Part shown: in pieces, positions 30,319 through 40,266 of the stretch
How the letters are laid out: every line of letters starts with the position of its first letter
Numbering within the stretch: position 1 is the first letter of the stretch
Origin: Nitrosotalea sp.
GTDB taxonomy: Archaea; Thermoproteota; Nitrososphaeria; Nitrososphaerales; Nitrosopumilaceae
DNA: 64,000 bases
Assembly: GCA_025451075.1 (NCBI GenBank)
Contig: JANWLA010000041.1
Coordinates: forward strand, 68,315-132,314
Direction: 5' to 3'
Translations under genes and position numbers: made by a program
The notes under the pieces: generated by a model
Seen by the model: only the letters and a program-made list of their open reading frames with translations
Databases searched by the model: none
What the model was told of the DNA's origin: nothing

Positions 30319-31158
30319 GTGGAAAAACAAAAAACATTGGGACGTTCACATCTTGCACTCATACTAGTTGGGTTTTTAGCTATTACAGTATCATTTTTGG
30401 CATACGCAAAAAATAACAACTTGATAATCACTCCTTCGGCCATGCCTGCCTTGCAGAATCTTGCAGTTGCAACATATCTTGTATTGCTTGCATCTTTTGC
30501 ATCAATTGGTTGGGGACTGTACAAGATGTACAAGACAAAGATCACTCATTCAGACTCGACTATTTCATCAATCATTGCAAATGCAATACACAACAAGAGA
30601 TCAAAGCAGATTTTTATCATCAGCGCAATAGGATACGGAATATTTTTTGCGTTTACGTCAGGAATAATAATTTACAAACCTGATATCAATGCAACAGATT
30701 ATGGATTCCCAACACCTCCTCACATAGAGCTCTCACCGTGCTGTGATCTGCCAGGCTACATGCCAATGATTTTTGCATTTTTCACAGAACATGTCGGATT
30801 GCAAATTATTCCAATAAATTTACTGTTACTGGTCACGGTATCATTTTTGGTTGGCTTGAATTTTGCAGTATCATCAACTGTATTTACGATTGCAAAAAGC
30901 GGGGGAAGACTTGGTGCGTTTGGTGCAGTTACAGGACTTTTTGTGGGATGCCCCACATGTGCAGGAACGGTTTTTACAATGCTCTTTGGTTTTGGTGCAG
31001 GCGCTACAACATTTACGCTATTTCTGACAAGCTTTGAGGCTCAGATTCAGACAATCTTTATTGCAATATCAATTCCGATTCTTCTTGTGACGCCAGTAAT
31101 AATGGCAAAGAAGATAAGATCACAGAATGGAAGCTGTGCAGTAGAACCTAAGCAATAG
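30319..31158 (+). CDS. Membrane protein with CC and CPTC motifs
   Basis: About six hydrophobic segments; SPCCDLPG, GCPTCAG. Confidence 0.75.
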   Translation: MEKQKTLGRSHLALILVGFLAITVSFLAYAKNNNLIITPSAMPALQNLAVATYLVLLASFASIGWGLYKMYKTKITHSDSTISSIIANAIHNKRSKQIFIISAIGYGIFFAFTSGIIIYKPDINATDYGFPTPPHIELSPCCDLPGYMPMIFAFFTEHVGLQIIPINLLLLVTVSFLVGLNFAVSSTVFTIAKSGGRLGAFGAVTGLFVGCPTCAGTVFTMLFGFGAGATTFTLFLTSFEAQIQTIFIAISIPILLVTPVIMAKKIRSQNGSCAVEPKQ

Positions 31159-31402
31159 TCTTTGCTACGCGCGGTCTTTTCCAATCCCCAATATCATAAC
31201 CATCTTGTCTTAGATATTTCAGGGTGAGTTTGTACACAAGTTCATCATGTGCTGCACTCTCCAGGATAAAATCCCAGCCCACCTGGCCATCTTGGTTTAT
31301 TTTTAATTCCAGTTCAGAAGACAAGGTCTTTGCAATATCCCTACATTGATCAAAAGTCTTGCCGTTCTTGTATGCCCTGGTTCTGGAATCGCATTTTTCC
31401 AT
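31148..31402 (-). CDS. Hypothetical protein
   Basis: ORF from MEKCDSR with convergent overlap. Confidence 0.65.
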   Translation of the reverse strand: MEKCDSRTRAYKNGKTFDQCRDIAKTLSSELELKINQDGQVGWDFILESAAHDELVYKLTLKYLRQDGYDIGDWKRPRVAKTIA

Positions 31403-31500
31403 GATACTAGTTATTTTAATGGACAATAAAAAGATCAGTTGTTCTTAAAACCATACCAGAATTCATATCTTAATAGAACCGTGCTTGATAATTTTTCATA

Positions 31501-32349
31501 TTGAATAACCCCAATCCCATTGATGTAATTTTATGGACTGTGCGACGCAGTGAAGGCGATGTCGTAAATCTCTACAATTACCTTGCAGGACTGATGCAGG
31601 TTTCAACCGGAGGAAATTTTCTCAACTTTGGGTATTGGGATAAGACCACAAAAGGTCCAGTAGATGCACAGACAAACCTTTGCGATATGGTAAAAAACAT
31701 GGCACACTTTGATGAGGCAGAACACATCCTAGATGTTGGAAGTGGTTTTTCAGAACCTGCATTTTTTTGGAAAAAAACCCACCCAAATGTTATCATTACA
31801 TGTGTAAACATAAACTCTAGTCAACTCAAACATGCAAACACACAGGCATGCATCCATGGAATAAACTTGCTAAATTCTACTGCAGTAAAGATTCCAATAT
31901 CAGACGAGTCATGTGACAGAATAATAGCATTGGAATCGGCGCAGCATTTTAGACCAATTGAGGATTTCATATCAGAGGCAAGACGAATTCTAAAAAAAGA
32001 TGGATTGGCAATACTTGCAATACCTGTTCTCTCAAAACCATCAAAGATGAACATCACCAAGATAGGCATACTCAAGTTTACGTGGTCCTCAGAGCACTAT
32101 GATATTGAGACAATCAAGAAAACTATCCAAAATGTAGGCCTCAAAATAACAGAAATCAAATTCATTGGATCAAACGTATACTTGCCCCTGACAGATTATT
32201 ATATTCAAAATCGCCAATTTTTGAGATCGGAGATCCTAAAAAGATATCCGTCGTACGTAGAAAAAATATTATTCAGATCAATGCTAAAGATGAAACAAGC
32301 CGCGATGGATCACACAATAGAATATGCCTTGGTCAAGTGCACAAAGTAA
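31501..32349 (+). CDS. Class I SAM-dependent methyltransferase
   Basis: LNFGYW, ILDVGSG, ALESAQHF. Confidence 0.88.
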   Translation: MNNPNPIDVILWTVRRSEGDVVNLYNYLAGLMQVSTGGNFLNFGYWDKTTKGPVDAQTNLCDMVKNMAHFDEAEHILDVGSGFSEPAFFWKKTHPNVIITCVNINSSQLKHANTQACIHGINLLNSTAVKIPISDESCDRIIALESAQHFRPIEDFISEARRILKKDGLAILAIPVLSKPSKMNITKIGILKFTWSSEHYDIETIKKTIQNVGLKITEIKFIGSNVYLPLTDYYIQNRQFLRSEILKRYPSYVEKILFRSMLKMKQAAMDHTIEYALVKCTK

Positions 32350-32512
32350 ACCTTATCAATATAACAAATCCATAACTTTTCATAGCATACCAAATTCCGT
32401 CTGGATGCTATTCTGCGTAGGTTCTCTCTACGCAGAGCCTTTTCAATTTTTACAGTTAGGTATTGTATAGTTTTTCCGTAAGAAATATTATCTCAAAATA
32501 ATAATGTGGGGC

Positions 32513-32680
32513 ATGGGACTTTTCAAGAAGAAAGAGGAACCAATAGGAACAAAGTGTAAAGAATGTGGTCTTGAACTACATGATCCAGTAAGGCTTGATA
32601 GACACATGAAAAAGGCACACAAGCATGTATCACAGAAAAACTTTGATGAGCCTGGAACCAGTAGTGGCGGAATGTGGTAA
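32513..32680 (+). CDS. C2H2 zinc-finger microprotein (55 aa)
   Basis: Manual translation MGLFKKKEEPIGTKCKECGLELHDPVRLDRHMKKAHKHVSQKNFDEPGTSSGGMW*. Confidence 0.75.
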   Translation: MGLFKKKEEPIGTKCKECGLELHDPVRLDRHMKKAHKHVSQKNFDEPGTSSGGMW

Positions 32681-32722
32681 AGGTACAAGTCTTGCAACAA
32701 AAAAATGAGGTAAACTGACAAA

Positions 32723-33346
32723 ATGGTTGCTCTAGACATCATAAGTAATTTAGCAAATTTTGTAATCCAGACAATATCAAATGCAGGATATCTTGGCATA
32801 TTTGCCCTAATGGTAGCAGAGAGTGCGCTCATACCCATTCCAAGCGAGATAATCATGCCATTTTCAGGATATTTGGCGTCCACTGGAAAACTCAATCCAG
32901 TTTTAATAATACTGGCAGGCTCGATTGGAAATCTCGTAGGTTCGCTTGTGGCATACTTCATAGGAGTAAAACTTGGTCGGGAATTTATTGTAAAATATGG
33001 AAAATACATTCTCCTGAAAAAGTCTCATCTAGATTGGACCGAGTCATACTTTAAGAAATATGGTGACAGGTCCACATTTGTAAGTAGACTATTGCCTGCC
33101 ATTCGAACATACATTTCATTGCCGGCAGGAGTTGCAAAGATGAACCTGAAAAAATTTGTAGCGTACACATTTGCAGGCTCTATAATATGGAGTACAATGC
33201 TAACCTATGTCGGCATTACACTGGGAGATCAGTGGACCAAGATAAGACACTATTCAGATTATGTTGATGGTGCAGTAATAGTAGGAACAATTATCATAAT
33301 AATCATCATAGCCAAAAAAAGAATTGGCAAGACAGAAAACAGTTAG
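32723..33346 (+). CDS. DedA family membrane protein
   Basis: ESALIPIPSEIIMPFSG, FKKYG, RLLPAIRTYISLPAG. Confidence 0.92.
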   Translation: MVALDIISNLANFVIQTISNAGYLGIFALMVAESALIPIPSEIIMPFSGYLASTGKLNPVLIILAGSIGNLVGSLVAYFIGVKLGREFIVKYGKYILLKKSHLDWTESYFKKYGDRSTFVSRLLPAIRTYISLPAGVAKMNLKKFVAYTFAGSIIWSTMLTYVGITLGDQWTKIRHYSDYVDGAVIVGTIIIIIIIAKKRIGKTENS

Positions 33347-33624
33347 CGTTCTTTATACTTGCTTAGCTCTTCCAAGATTATTTGAAATATTGTTTCGCTA
33401 TCAAGTAGTACACATCTGATGTCATTTTCCTTGCACGCATTTCCAATCTCCACGTCTTCTGTTACAACAATCATTCCGTTTTCATCAGCATACTTTATCA
33501 CAGAATAATCACTTGCTAGCTTTTTTCCTTCGGCAATTAGTTTTTTTACGCTAAATGCGTCATATCCAAACTCCTTGAGTTTTGTATCAAACCCATCATA
33601 CATCTCGTCAACTAGAACTTTCAT
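33343..33624 (-). CDS. PIN-like (Mut7-C/DUF5615-type) protein
   Basis: MKVLVDEM, GYDA, SDYSV, IVVTED. Confidence 0.75.
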   Translation of the reverse strand: MKVLVDEMYDGFDTKLKEFGYDAFSVKKLIAEGKKLASDYSVIKYADENGMIVVTEDVEIGNACKENDIRCVLLDSETIFQIILEELSKYKER

Positions 33625-33693
33625 GAGATATTCCGTTTGGAGCTCATATTATTATGTTAGGATATGAAATGGCCACATATTGTCATTAAAAAT

Positions 33694-34689
33694 CTAGTAA
33701 TCTTTTATCGCTTGAAGTAACGGGATGTTAGACGCCAGATGATTCTCAGGATAACAATCAAGCATTATTCCATTTGTTACATTATAAAACTTCCAGTCAG
33801 TGCATTGTATATCATACTCAAATTGAGAATTGTCAAACTTCCAGTCAAAGCCATTGCGTATTTTCAAGTCAGGGTAACCATGGCCACGAACAAGCGTCAT
33901 TGTATTAAAATCATAATTTGTAACTATTTTGCCGTAAAGTGCATTTGGGTAAAGGTAAACCACATGTGGATGTGTTGTAATAGCATCAAATTCTCGTTGT
34001 GTCACATATTCATTGTGAAGTATAATCACTTTATCATACTGTAACAAAACACTTGGGTTTTTGTCCACATCAATATCCGTAAGGGTGTAGTATCCAAGTG
34101 ATTCCAATATACTGGTAGCTTTTCCGCTTGCAGTAAATCCCAGAGGTATCTGGGTGTAAATGATTGACGTAAGACATTGTGTACCACACTGACCTCCATA
34201 ATATGAATAAAATTTGTTTTCAGTATATGCAGCTGCAGTAAAGACAGGAATAATTACTACGAATTTTTTTGTTTCTCCCCGTACTGAGACTTGATCTAGT
34301 CTTTCTTGTATGACTTTTGACACAAAATTATCATCTAGTTCTATTACGCCATTTTTGATCAAATATTCAATTCCACGAATAAATTCGGCATCGGGTACAC
34401 TTCCTTGGGCCCAAGAATATGCAATTTTTTTCACAGAGTCTGGCATGCCCAAACTGTCCACTGATTCTGTCAGGTCTTCCACTGGAATGATCCTGTTTTC
34501 TACAAGCCATTTCATGCCATTGATAAAATCGCTATCAGAGATCTCACCCTGAGACCACCATAGTGCATTCTGTCGTACCCACTGTGGCACAAGATTTGTT
34601 TTGGAATCAGCATGAGCATAGTTAACCGAAATAGATGATACAGATACAAGAAAAATTACAGTAACTGCAAGTTGTGCGACATGTTTCAC
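33694..34689 (-). CDS. Secreted protein with thaumarchaeal PxW..NAxWW repeats
   Basis: Signal peptide; VPQWVRQNALWWSQGEISDSDF plus a second degenerate copy; C-terminal HNEY..YPNALY domain. Confidence 0.78.
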   Translation of the reverse strand: MKHVAQLAVTVIFLVSVSSISVNYAHADSKTNLVPQWVRQNALWWSQGEISDSDFINGMKWLVENRIIPVEDLTESVDSLGMPDSVKKIAYSWAQGSVPDAEFIRGIEYLIKNGVIELDDNFVSKVIQERLDQVSVRGETKKFVVIIPVFTAAAYTENKFYSYYGGQCGTQCLTSIIYTQIPLGFTASGKATSILESLGYYTLTDIDVDKNPSVLLQYDKVIILHNEYVTQREFDAITTHPHVVYLYPNALYGKIVTNYDFNTMTLVRGHGYPDLKIRNGFDWKFDNSQFEYDIQCTDWKFYNVTNGIMLDCYPENHLASNIPLLQAIKDY

Positions 34690-34884
34690 AACAAGTTTTG
34701 GTCATGAACTAGTTTTAGACATTGTTAATCAAATCTACTATGCATGTAATGATTTGAGTCGATCATATTTTGATCATTTCATTCAACAAACTTTTCTTAC
34801 AGATCACACTATAGATTATGAAAAATATTAGGTAAGTTTTTGTTCACGAATAAGTGTATATAAGTCCAAATTTTTACCCATGGC

Positions 34885-35928
34885 ATGATCAAGTCGATTA
34901 GCATTGCAGGGTTGGAAGAAGGCGTAGCATTCAAGAAACCAACAGTAGAACTTGACGAACTTCCTGGAATGATATCTTCTGATCATCTTATTTGGGTTGA
35001 GTGTGTAGCAGATAACATCATTGAGGATTCTCCAAAAATTCTAGAAAAATTGAGCATTACCATGGATCCTTCCGTACTATTATCAGGATACGTATCAAGT
35101 TACGAAGACAGGGGTGAGACATTAGGCCTTATGATACCTTTTGTTGTACCAGGAAATAACAAAACTTTGACTGCGCCAATATTGATTTTTATGAAAAAAG
35201 ATCTAATTGTAACCATCCATGACGATTACGGTGGAAAGATAACACGGTTGTATACTTATGCACCCACACTATTTAGAAAACTTCCAAAAGAGGCCAGTAG
35301 TTGGGCAGACAGACAAACAATACTGCTTGCAAGAATCATAGATGAAATTTGTGAAGCCAATTTCTCGATATTACGCCTCATAGTTGAAAGAGCAGAACAA
35401 TTTGAAATCGATATCGCGGGTTCAAGACAAGTTACAAGAGACATTTCACTAGAACTGTCAAATGTACGAACATCACTTTTGACTTTTTTGAATTCAACAT
35501 GGGCTACGTATGATACGGTTCACAACCTAAAGTATGGTGATGCCGAGATGGTATCTGATGACGAAGTGATTCTTGCAAAGTTTGAAGTAATTCTCGGAAG
35601 ACTGGATAGACAAATCCAAATGTCAGAAAACATAATGCAGATGGTAGCTACAGGAGTCAACGTAGTACAGACTGAAGTTACAAACAAAGTCACCATTCTT
35701 ATCATCTGGTGGACAGTGGCTGGAACGGCTGAGCTTGTACCAAACACCATCGCAACAGTCTTTGGATTATATCCAAACCACGAGTCAGTGTTTTGGCCCA
35801 TTGTTACCACCGTAATGATGTCTGCAGGATTAGCTACCGCAGTTGCCTATTTCTATGTGAGAAAATTCTTTGGAAAATCACTAGGATTAGAGAAACTGAA
35901 AAAGTTTGGAAGAAGATCTAACAAATAG
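34885..35928 (+). CDS. CorA-like divalent cation transporter
   Basis: Large soluble funnel domain then two C-terminal TMs; GLY in place of the GMN signature. Confidence 0.7.
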   Translation: MIKSISIAGLEEGVAFKKPTVELDELPGMISSDHLIWVECVADNIIEDSPKILEKLSITMDPSVLLSGYVSSYEDRGETLGLMIPFVVPGNNKTLTAPILIFMKKDLIVTIHDDYGGKITRLYTYAPTLFRKLPKEASSWADRQTILLARIIDEICEANFSILRLIVERAEQFEIDIAGSRQVTRDISLELSNVRTSLLTFLNSTWATYDTVHNLKYGDAEMVSDDEVILAKFEVILGRLDRQIQMSENIMQMVATGVNVVQTEVTNKVTILIIWWTVAGTAELVPNTIATVFGLYPNHESVFWPIVTTVMMSAGLATAVAYFYVRKFFGKSLGLEKLKKFGRRSNK

Positions 35929-36090
35929 TATTTTTAGATATTTGCCCATTTACGCATCAATTTACTGTAAAAACTGTTTGTTTTCTTTTAAAAATTATCT
36001 AAAGACTGCCTAAAGCAAGAAAACTGCGATCAGCGGCACAAAGTAAAAGATTCATAAATCGAGTTTACCAATGTCGAAGAATTATAGCTT

Positions 36091-38430
36091 ATGAAAGAAT
36101 TTGGCACCCTTGAATATGTCTTGGATACATACTCAAAGAACTGGACTTGGAAACTGACAGGCCCCAGAGCAGTAAGTATGGTGGCACGTGTCATACCCCA
36201 CGCATGGTATGGCAATGGCCCAGAAGAGGCCATAGTTCCAGACACTGTCCAAAATGTAGAGAAGATAAAATGGATAATGGATAGATATCCACTTGAGATA
36301 AGATCAAAATCAATATGGCATAGAAAAGTTCGCAAAGTCATCGTCCCGCAAAAAAAATGGACCCGCATAGAAAAGCTCCGCAAGGCAACCCCAGGACCAC
36401 AATTCCGTGGTAATTTACTTGACTTTCAAAGAGAGGGCTTGGATTTTCTTTTAAAATCATATGGAAACGCACTGTTAGCAGACGAAATGGGTTTGGGCAA
36501 ATGTCTGAAAGGTGACACACTGATCAGTACAACAAACGGAACCACTGCAATCAAAGAAATCTGGGAACAGTCAGAAATTATCGAGCAAGATAACAACGAA
36601 GAATGGGCCAAACTGAAAACTCCCATAAATATACAAACTTTTGATGGAAAGGACATAACATCCAAGCAAGTAAGCAGAATATTCAGACAAAAAATTGATG
36701 AACATATAACAAAGATAATTCTCAAGGACGGTTTAGAAATAGAATGTACCAAGCGTCACAGGTTTCTTACTCCAGAAGGATGGAAGAGGGCTGGCGAACT
36801 AAGCATCAACGACAAAGTTGCAGTACCAGCAAAGACAATTGTCCAAAAGATTGCCGAGTCTGGAGTATCGTTGCGTTCTCTTAACTTGTACACCCCATAC
36901 AAATACACCCAAGGCATGAGCAAGCAACTTGCGCTTCAGGTTTCTGACAAGACAGAGGCATCACATCATGATTTAGCACGACAGTTACAAGAAATATCTT
37001 TAGAATCAATCAATTGGTGCCAAATCAAATCAGTGGAAGAAAATCTATTTCAGGGTCATGTTTACGATTTATCAGTACCTGAAACACACAACTATATCGC
37101 AAATGGAATCATAACCCACAACACAGTCCAGACCCTTGCATACATGGCAACAGAAAAGCAGACATTTCCAGTATTGATTGTAGCCCCCCTTGTAACACTG
37201 AACAACTGGCAGAGAGAGACTCAGAAATTCCTCAAAAAACGTAGCCGCAATGGAAAAATTTCAGAAAATGAATATCCTTCATCTGTTTTGATAAGAACTG
37301 GTAAGGCCCAAGAGATTGGAAAATATGATGTGTACATCATAAACTATGACTTGTTGCACAAGAGAATAGACGATCTTTCAAAACTAAATATCAAGACAAT
37401 TGTTTGTGACGAAGTGCAACATCTTCGCTCAAAGACAACCAAAAAGTATACAGCGGTAAAAAAACTTGCAGCACTTGATTCTGTAAAATATAGGGTTGGC
37501 CTATCCGGAACTCCAATTTACAACAGAGGCTCTGAAATATGGCCAATTGTAGACATACTAAGACCTGGCCTCCTTGGAACCTTTGACGAGTTTTGTGAAT
37601 ACTTTTGCTATGTAAACGAAAAAGGAAAGGCAATTGTTCTTGAGAACAAGCGTGCAAGCTTGGGAGAAGAGTTGCGCAAGCATGTTATGCTGAGACGCAA
37701 GAAATCAGATGTCCTAAAAGAGCTAAAGGATAAAGTTCGATACAAGGAGCTTATTGATTCAGATATTAATTATTACCAAGCAGAACTTGGCAAAATTTGG
37801 GAAAGATTAGAATCAGAGCAAAAGAATGCAACAAGTGCGTTTGATAAATTCTCGTCATACAAGAGGGCAATACAAAGTGAGAGACAAGCAGCAGGTGTTG
37901 CAAAAGTTCCGCATGTCATAGAATTTGTCAAAAACATCATGGAGATAGAGGAAAGTGTCGTAGTGTTTTGTCACCACAAGGCAATCCACGAATTGCTCCA
38001 CCGAAGTCTCTCAGAGTACACCCCTGCATCAATAATTGGAGGTCAGAGTGACAAGGAAAGACAGGATGGAATAGATAGATTCCAAAACGGTGAGACCAAG
38101 CTGATAATTGCAGGTCTAAGAGCTGGAAACGTTGGCATAAACTTGAGCAGGGCAAGGTATGTCATATTTGCAGAACTTGACTGGAGTCCTGCAATACACA
38201 GACAGGCAGAAGACAGACTTCACAGAATAGGACAGAAAAATACAGTCTTTGCATATTATCTAATGGGCAATGGTACACTTGATGATCACGTGGCAAACGT
38301 TCTAGTGGACAAGAGCTATGAGATTGACGCAATCATGGATGAGAAAGCAGAGACTTTTGAGAACAAGGAAAAAGCAGAGCTCATTTTAGCACAGATTCAT
38401 GACAAGCTTACACACCACTTGACAAGATAA
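36091..38430 (+). CDS. SNF2-family helicase, intein-containing precursor
   Basis: LLADEMGLGK|TVQ, DEVQH, LSGTP, LRRKK, GINL, QAEDRLHRIGQ. Confidence 0.92.
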   Translation: MKEFGTLEYVLDTYSKNWTWKLTGPRAVSMVARVIPHAWYGNGPEEAIVPDTVQNVEKIKWIMDRYPLEIRSKSIWHRKVRKVIVPQKKWTRIEKLRKATPGPQFRGNLLDFQREGLDFLLKSYGNALLADEMGLGKCLKGDTLISTTNGTTAIKEIWEQSEIIEQDNNEEWAKLKTPINIQTFDGKDITSKQVSRIFRQKIDEHITKIILKDGLEIECTKRHRFLTPEGWKRAGELSINDKVAVPAKTIVQKIAESGVSLRSLNLYTPYKYTQGMSKQLALQVSDKTEASHHDLARQLQEISLESINWCQIKSVEENLFQGHVYDLSVPETHNYIANGIITHNTVQTLAYMATEKQTFPVLIVAPLVTLNNWQRETQKFLKKRSRNGKISENEYPSSVLIRTGKAQEIGKYDVYIINYDLLHKRIDDLSKLNIKTIVCDEVQHLRSKTTKKYTAVKKLAALDSVKYRVGLSGTPIYNRGSEIWPIVDILRPGLLGTFDEFCEYFCYVNEKGKAIVLENKRASLGEELRKHVMLRRKKSDVLKELKDKVRYKELIDSDINYYQAELGKIWERLESEQKNATSAFDKFSSYKRAIQSERQAAGVAKVPHVIEFVKNIMEIEESVVVFCHHKAIHELLHRSLSEYTPASIIGGQSDKERQDGIDRFQNGETKLIIAGLRAGNVGINLSRARYVIFAELDWSPAIHRQAEDRLHRIGQKNTVFAYYLMGNGTLDDHVANVLVDKSYEIDAIMDEKAETFENKEKAELILAQIHDKLTHHLTR
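36502..37122 (+). mobile_element. Mini-intein (207 aa) in the Walker A motif of SNF2
   Basis: Block A CLKGDTLI, block B CTKRHRF, block F VYDLSVPETHNYIANG, block G ITHN|T; no LAGLIDADG motif seen. Confidence 0.93.
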
Positions 38431-38433
38431 GTT

Positions 38434-38631
38434 TTAGATTTCTCGTACTTTATACTGGTCAAAGAAATCCTGACCCTCACCTAGTTTTTGCGTTAAAAAT
38501 GATTCTAGTTTTTTTATAACTTCGGCCCTTTCCATTTTCCCTTCTATTGTATCATAATGAGTTGCATGAGACTCGCGAAATTTCTTGTAGCTCATTGCCT
38601 TCATGGTATGAAATACAATATGGTATAACAA
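38434..38631 (-). CDS. Hypothetical protein
   Basis: Short ORF with stop abutting the SNF2 stop; start uncertain. Confidence 0.55.
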   Translation of the reverse strand: MLYHIVFHTMKAMSYKKFRESHATHYDTIEGKMERAEVIKKLESFLTQKLGEGQDFFDQYKVREI

Positions 38632-38668
38632 GTAGTTTTGTGTTGTTATATAGCAAGAGAATATGTGC

Positions 38669-38950
38669 CTATAATCTGGAGGCTATAACTAGCGTGGTTG
38701 TAGCATGCACGTTTTGGATCTTGCGAACATTATTTTCTATTATTTCCTTCAGAGATTCGACGGTATTTGACTCTATTATAGCCAATATGTCATATGGTCC
38801 AGTAGTTAGAATACATTCCTTTACACCTGCTATTTCACGTATCTCATCAATTATCATTCCCTCAGAGCCTGACTCACAATTTATCATGACGCATGTGGTT
38901 TCAGTATTTTTGCGCAGTTGTGATGCTTGAAGCATTATGTACATTGTCAC
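38669..38950 (-). CDS. Stand-alone Lrp/AsnC ligand-binding (RAM) domain
   Basis: INCESG.E, GVKE, TTGPYDILA, VRKIQNV..TTTL. Confidence 0.85.
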   Translation of the reverse strand: MTMYIMLQASQLRKNTETTCVMINCESGSEGMIIDEIREIAGVKECILTTGPYDILAIIESNTVESLKEIIENNVRKIQNVHATTTLVIASRL

Positions 38951-39129
38951 AATTTTCGCATATTACACATACTCAACAATACAGCTGATTTATCATAAAA
39001 ACAGCTTATCGATCAGAGATATTACAATAGGATACATTTTTAACAAATCAGAGCGTGGAATATTTTTAACAACATGTGTATAAAATTCGGTCCCAAGAAT
39101 CAAATTGAAAAATAAGACCGATTAAAAAA

Positions 39130-39294
39130 ATGTCAAATCAAACATTAAGTGAGCTTGTAAAGACAGCTGACAAGATAACAATAGACGAGATCAAGGGCAA
39201 GAAAGTTACGCTCAAGGTAAGCTGGTTTGATCTAAAAGGAGTAAGAAAATCAAAAAAGTTTCTTCTCAATGAAAAAGACAAGATAGAGTTTTAG
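39130..39294 (+). CDS. Small basic hypothetical protein (54 aa)
   Basis: Manual translation MSNQTLSELVKTADKITIDEIKGKKVTLKVSWFDLKGVRKSKKFLLNEKDKIEF*. Confidence 0.65.
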   Translation: MSNQTLSELVKTADKITIDEIKGKKVTLKVSWFDLKGVRKSKKFLLNEKDKIEF

Positions 39295-39620
39295 ATCCTC
39301 ACATCTTGCTTTTTATGTTACAAATCCCCAAAAACTCTCTTTTTCTATTTTTGCAGACCCTAAAATCACACCAGATGATGAAAATCAAGTATTGGTTTAA
39401 CAAGAACCTGTATACATGAGGTTTGAATGTCAAAAAACATGTTTGACAGCAATGCAGTATGACTTTTGTAATATACGAGAAAAATCCAAGTTTGTATAGA
39501 AAGCTGTTTGTGCTATATTCTTTTGATTACGAATCTATTGACGATGATGAAGATGACGAATAACAGTACAAACTATACCAGCGCACCAACTAAATAGCAG
39601 AATACAAGAACCACAATAAA

Positions 39621-39815
39621 TTGGATAATGTACCTTCAAGAGACAAGATCAAGATAGGGTCTAGCGTATCCATAGTACAAAAACAAGACCAACGAACAGG
39701 CAAATTAACAGATGGTACAGTAAAGCGAATTCTTACCTCAAGCAGTTTTCACCCTCATGGGATTAAAGTGGAATTGCATGATGGAAAAGTAGGCAGAGTA
39801 CAAAAGATGGCCTAG
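39621..39815 (+). CDS. YwbE (DUF2196) family protein
   Basis: KQDQRTGKLT.G.V..ILT.S..HPHGIKV.L..GKVGRVQ. Confidence 0.88.
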   Translation: MDNVPSRDKIKIGSSVSIVQKQDQRTGKLTDGTVKRILTSSSFHPHGIKVELHDGKVGRVQKMA

Positions 39816-39819
39816 TTTT

Positions 39820-40041
39820 TTATTGCTTTTTTCTTTTTGGCAAAAATAAAAGTACATTTCCAAGGACAATCAAGATGCCAACTAGTACAGTATACATCAA
39901 TACCAATGGCAGTAATTTTATGTAATTAGTTTGAACATTTGAAATTAGAAAATTTCCACCCGCAGTGAGTACCCATATCAGGAAAAAACATCCGATTAAT
40001 GCAGATACGTCAATAATCACAATTTTTTGAAATGGTCTCAT
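39820..40041 (-). CDS. Small two-TM membrane protein
   Basis: Two hydrophobic segments, basic tail. Confidence 0.6.
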   Translation of the reverse strand: MRPFQKIVIIDVSALIGCFFLIWVLTAGGNFLISNVQTNYIKLLPLVLMYTVLVGILIVLGNVLLFLPKRKKQ

Positions 40042-40266
40042 AGAATTATCACAGATACCACATTGTTAAACAATTGCAATAACAAGATTAAGAGGTTTGA
40101 ATTGCTACACAAAACATTGATGAGTAATGCTTAAGATAATTTGCCAATACTTTAATTTCAATTGCGTCAGATTAGTTTTGTTATTCTTTTTGTTCTGCCA
40201 TTTTGAGCGAATGAACTTTTAAAAAATTACTTATAGGAATTTAGGTTCCAACTATGTCAAACTGTG

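Noticed and set aside
4907-33346. Frequent short overlaps between convergent genes
   Set aside because: Ordinary for compact archaeal genomes.
39416-39563. Broken Cys-containing ORF with an acidic tail
   Set aside because: Frames are interrupted and no family is recognisable; too weak to call a pseudogene.
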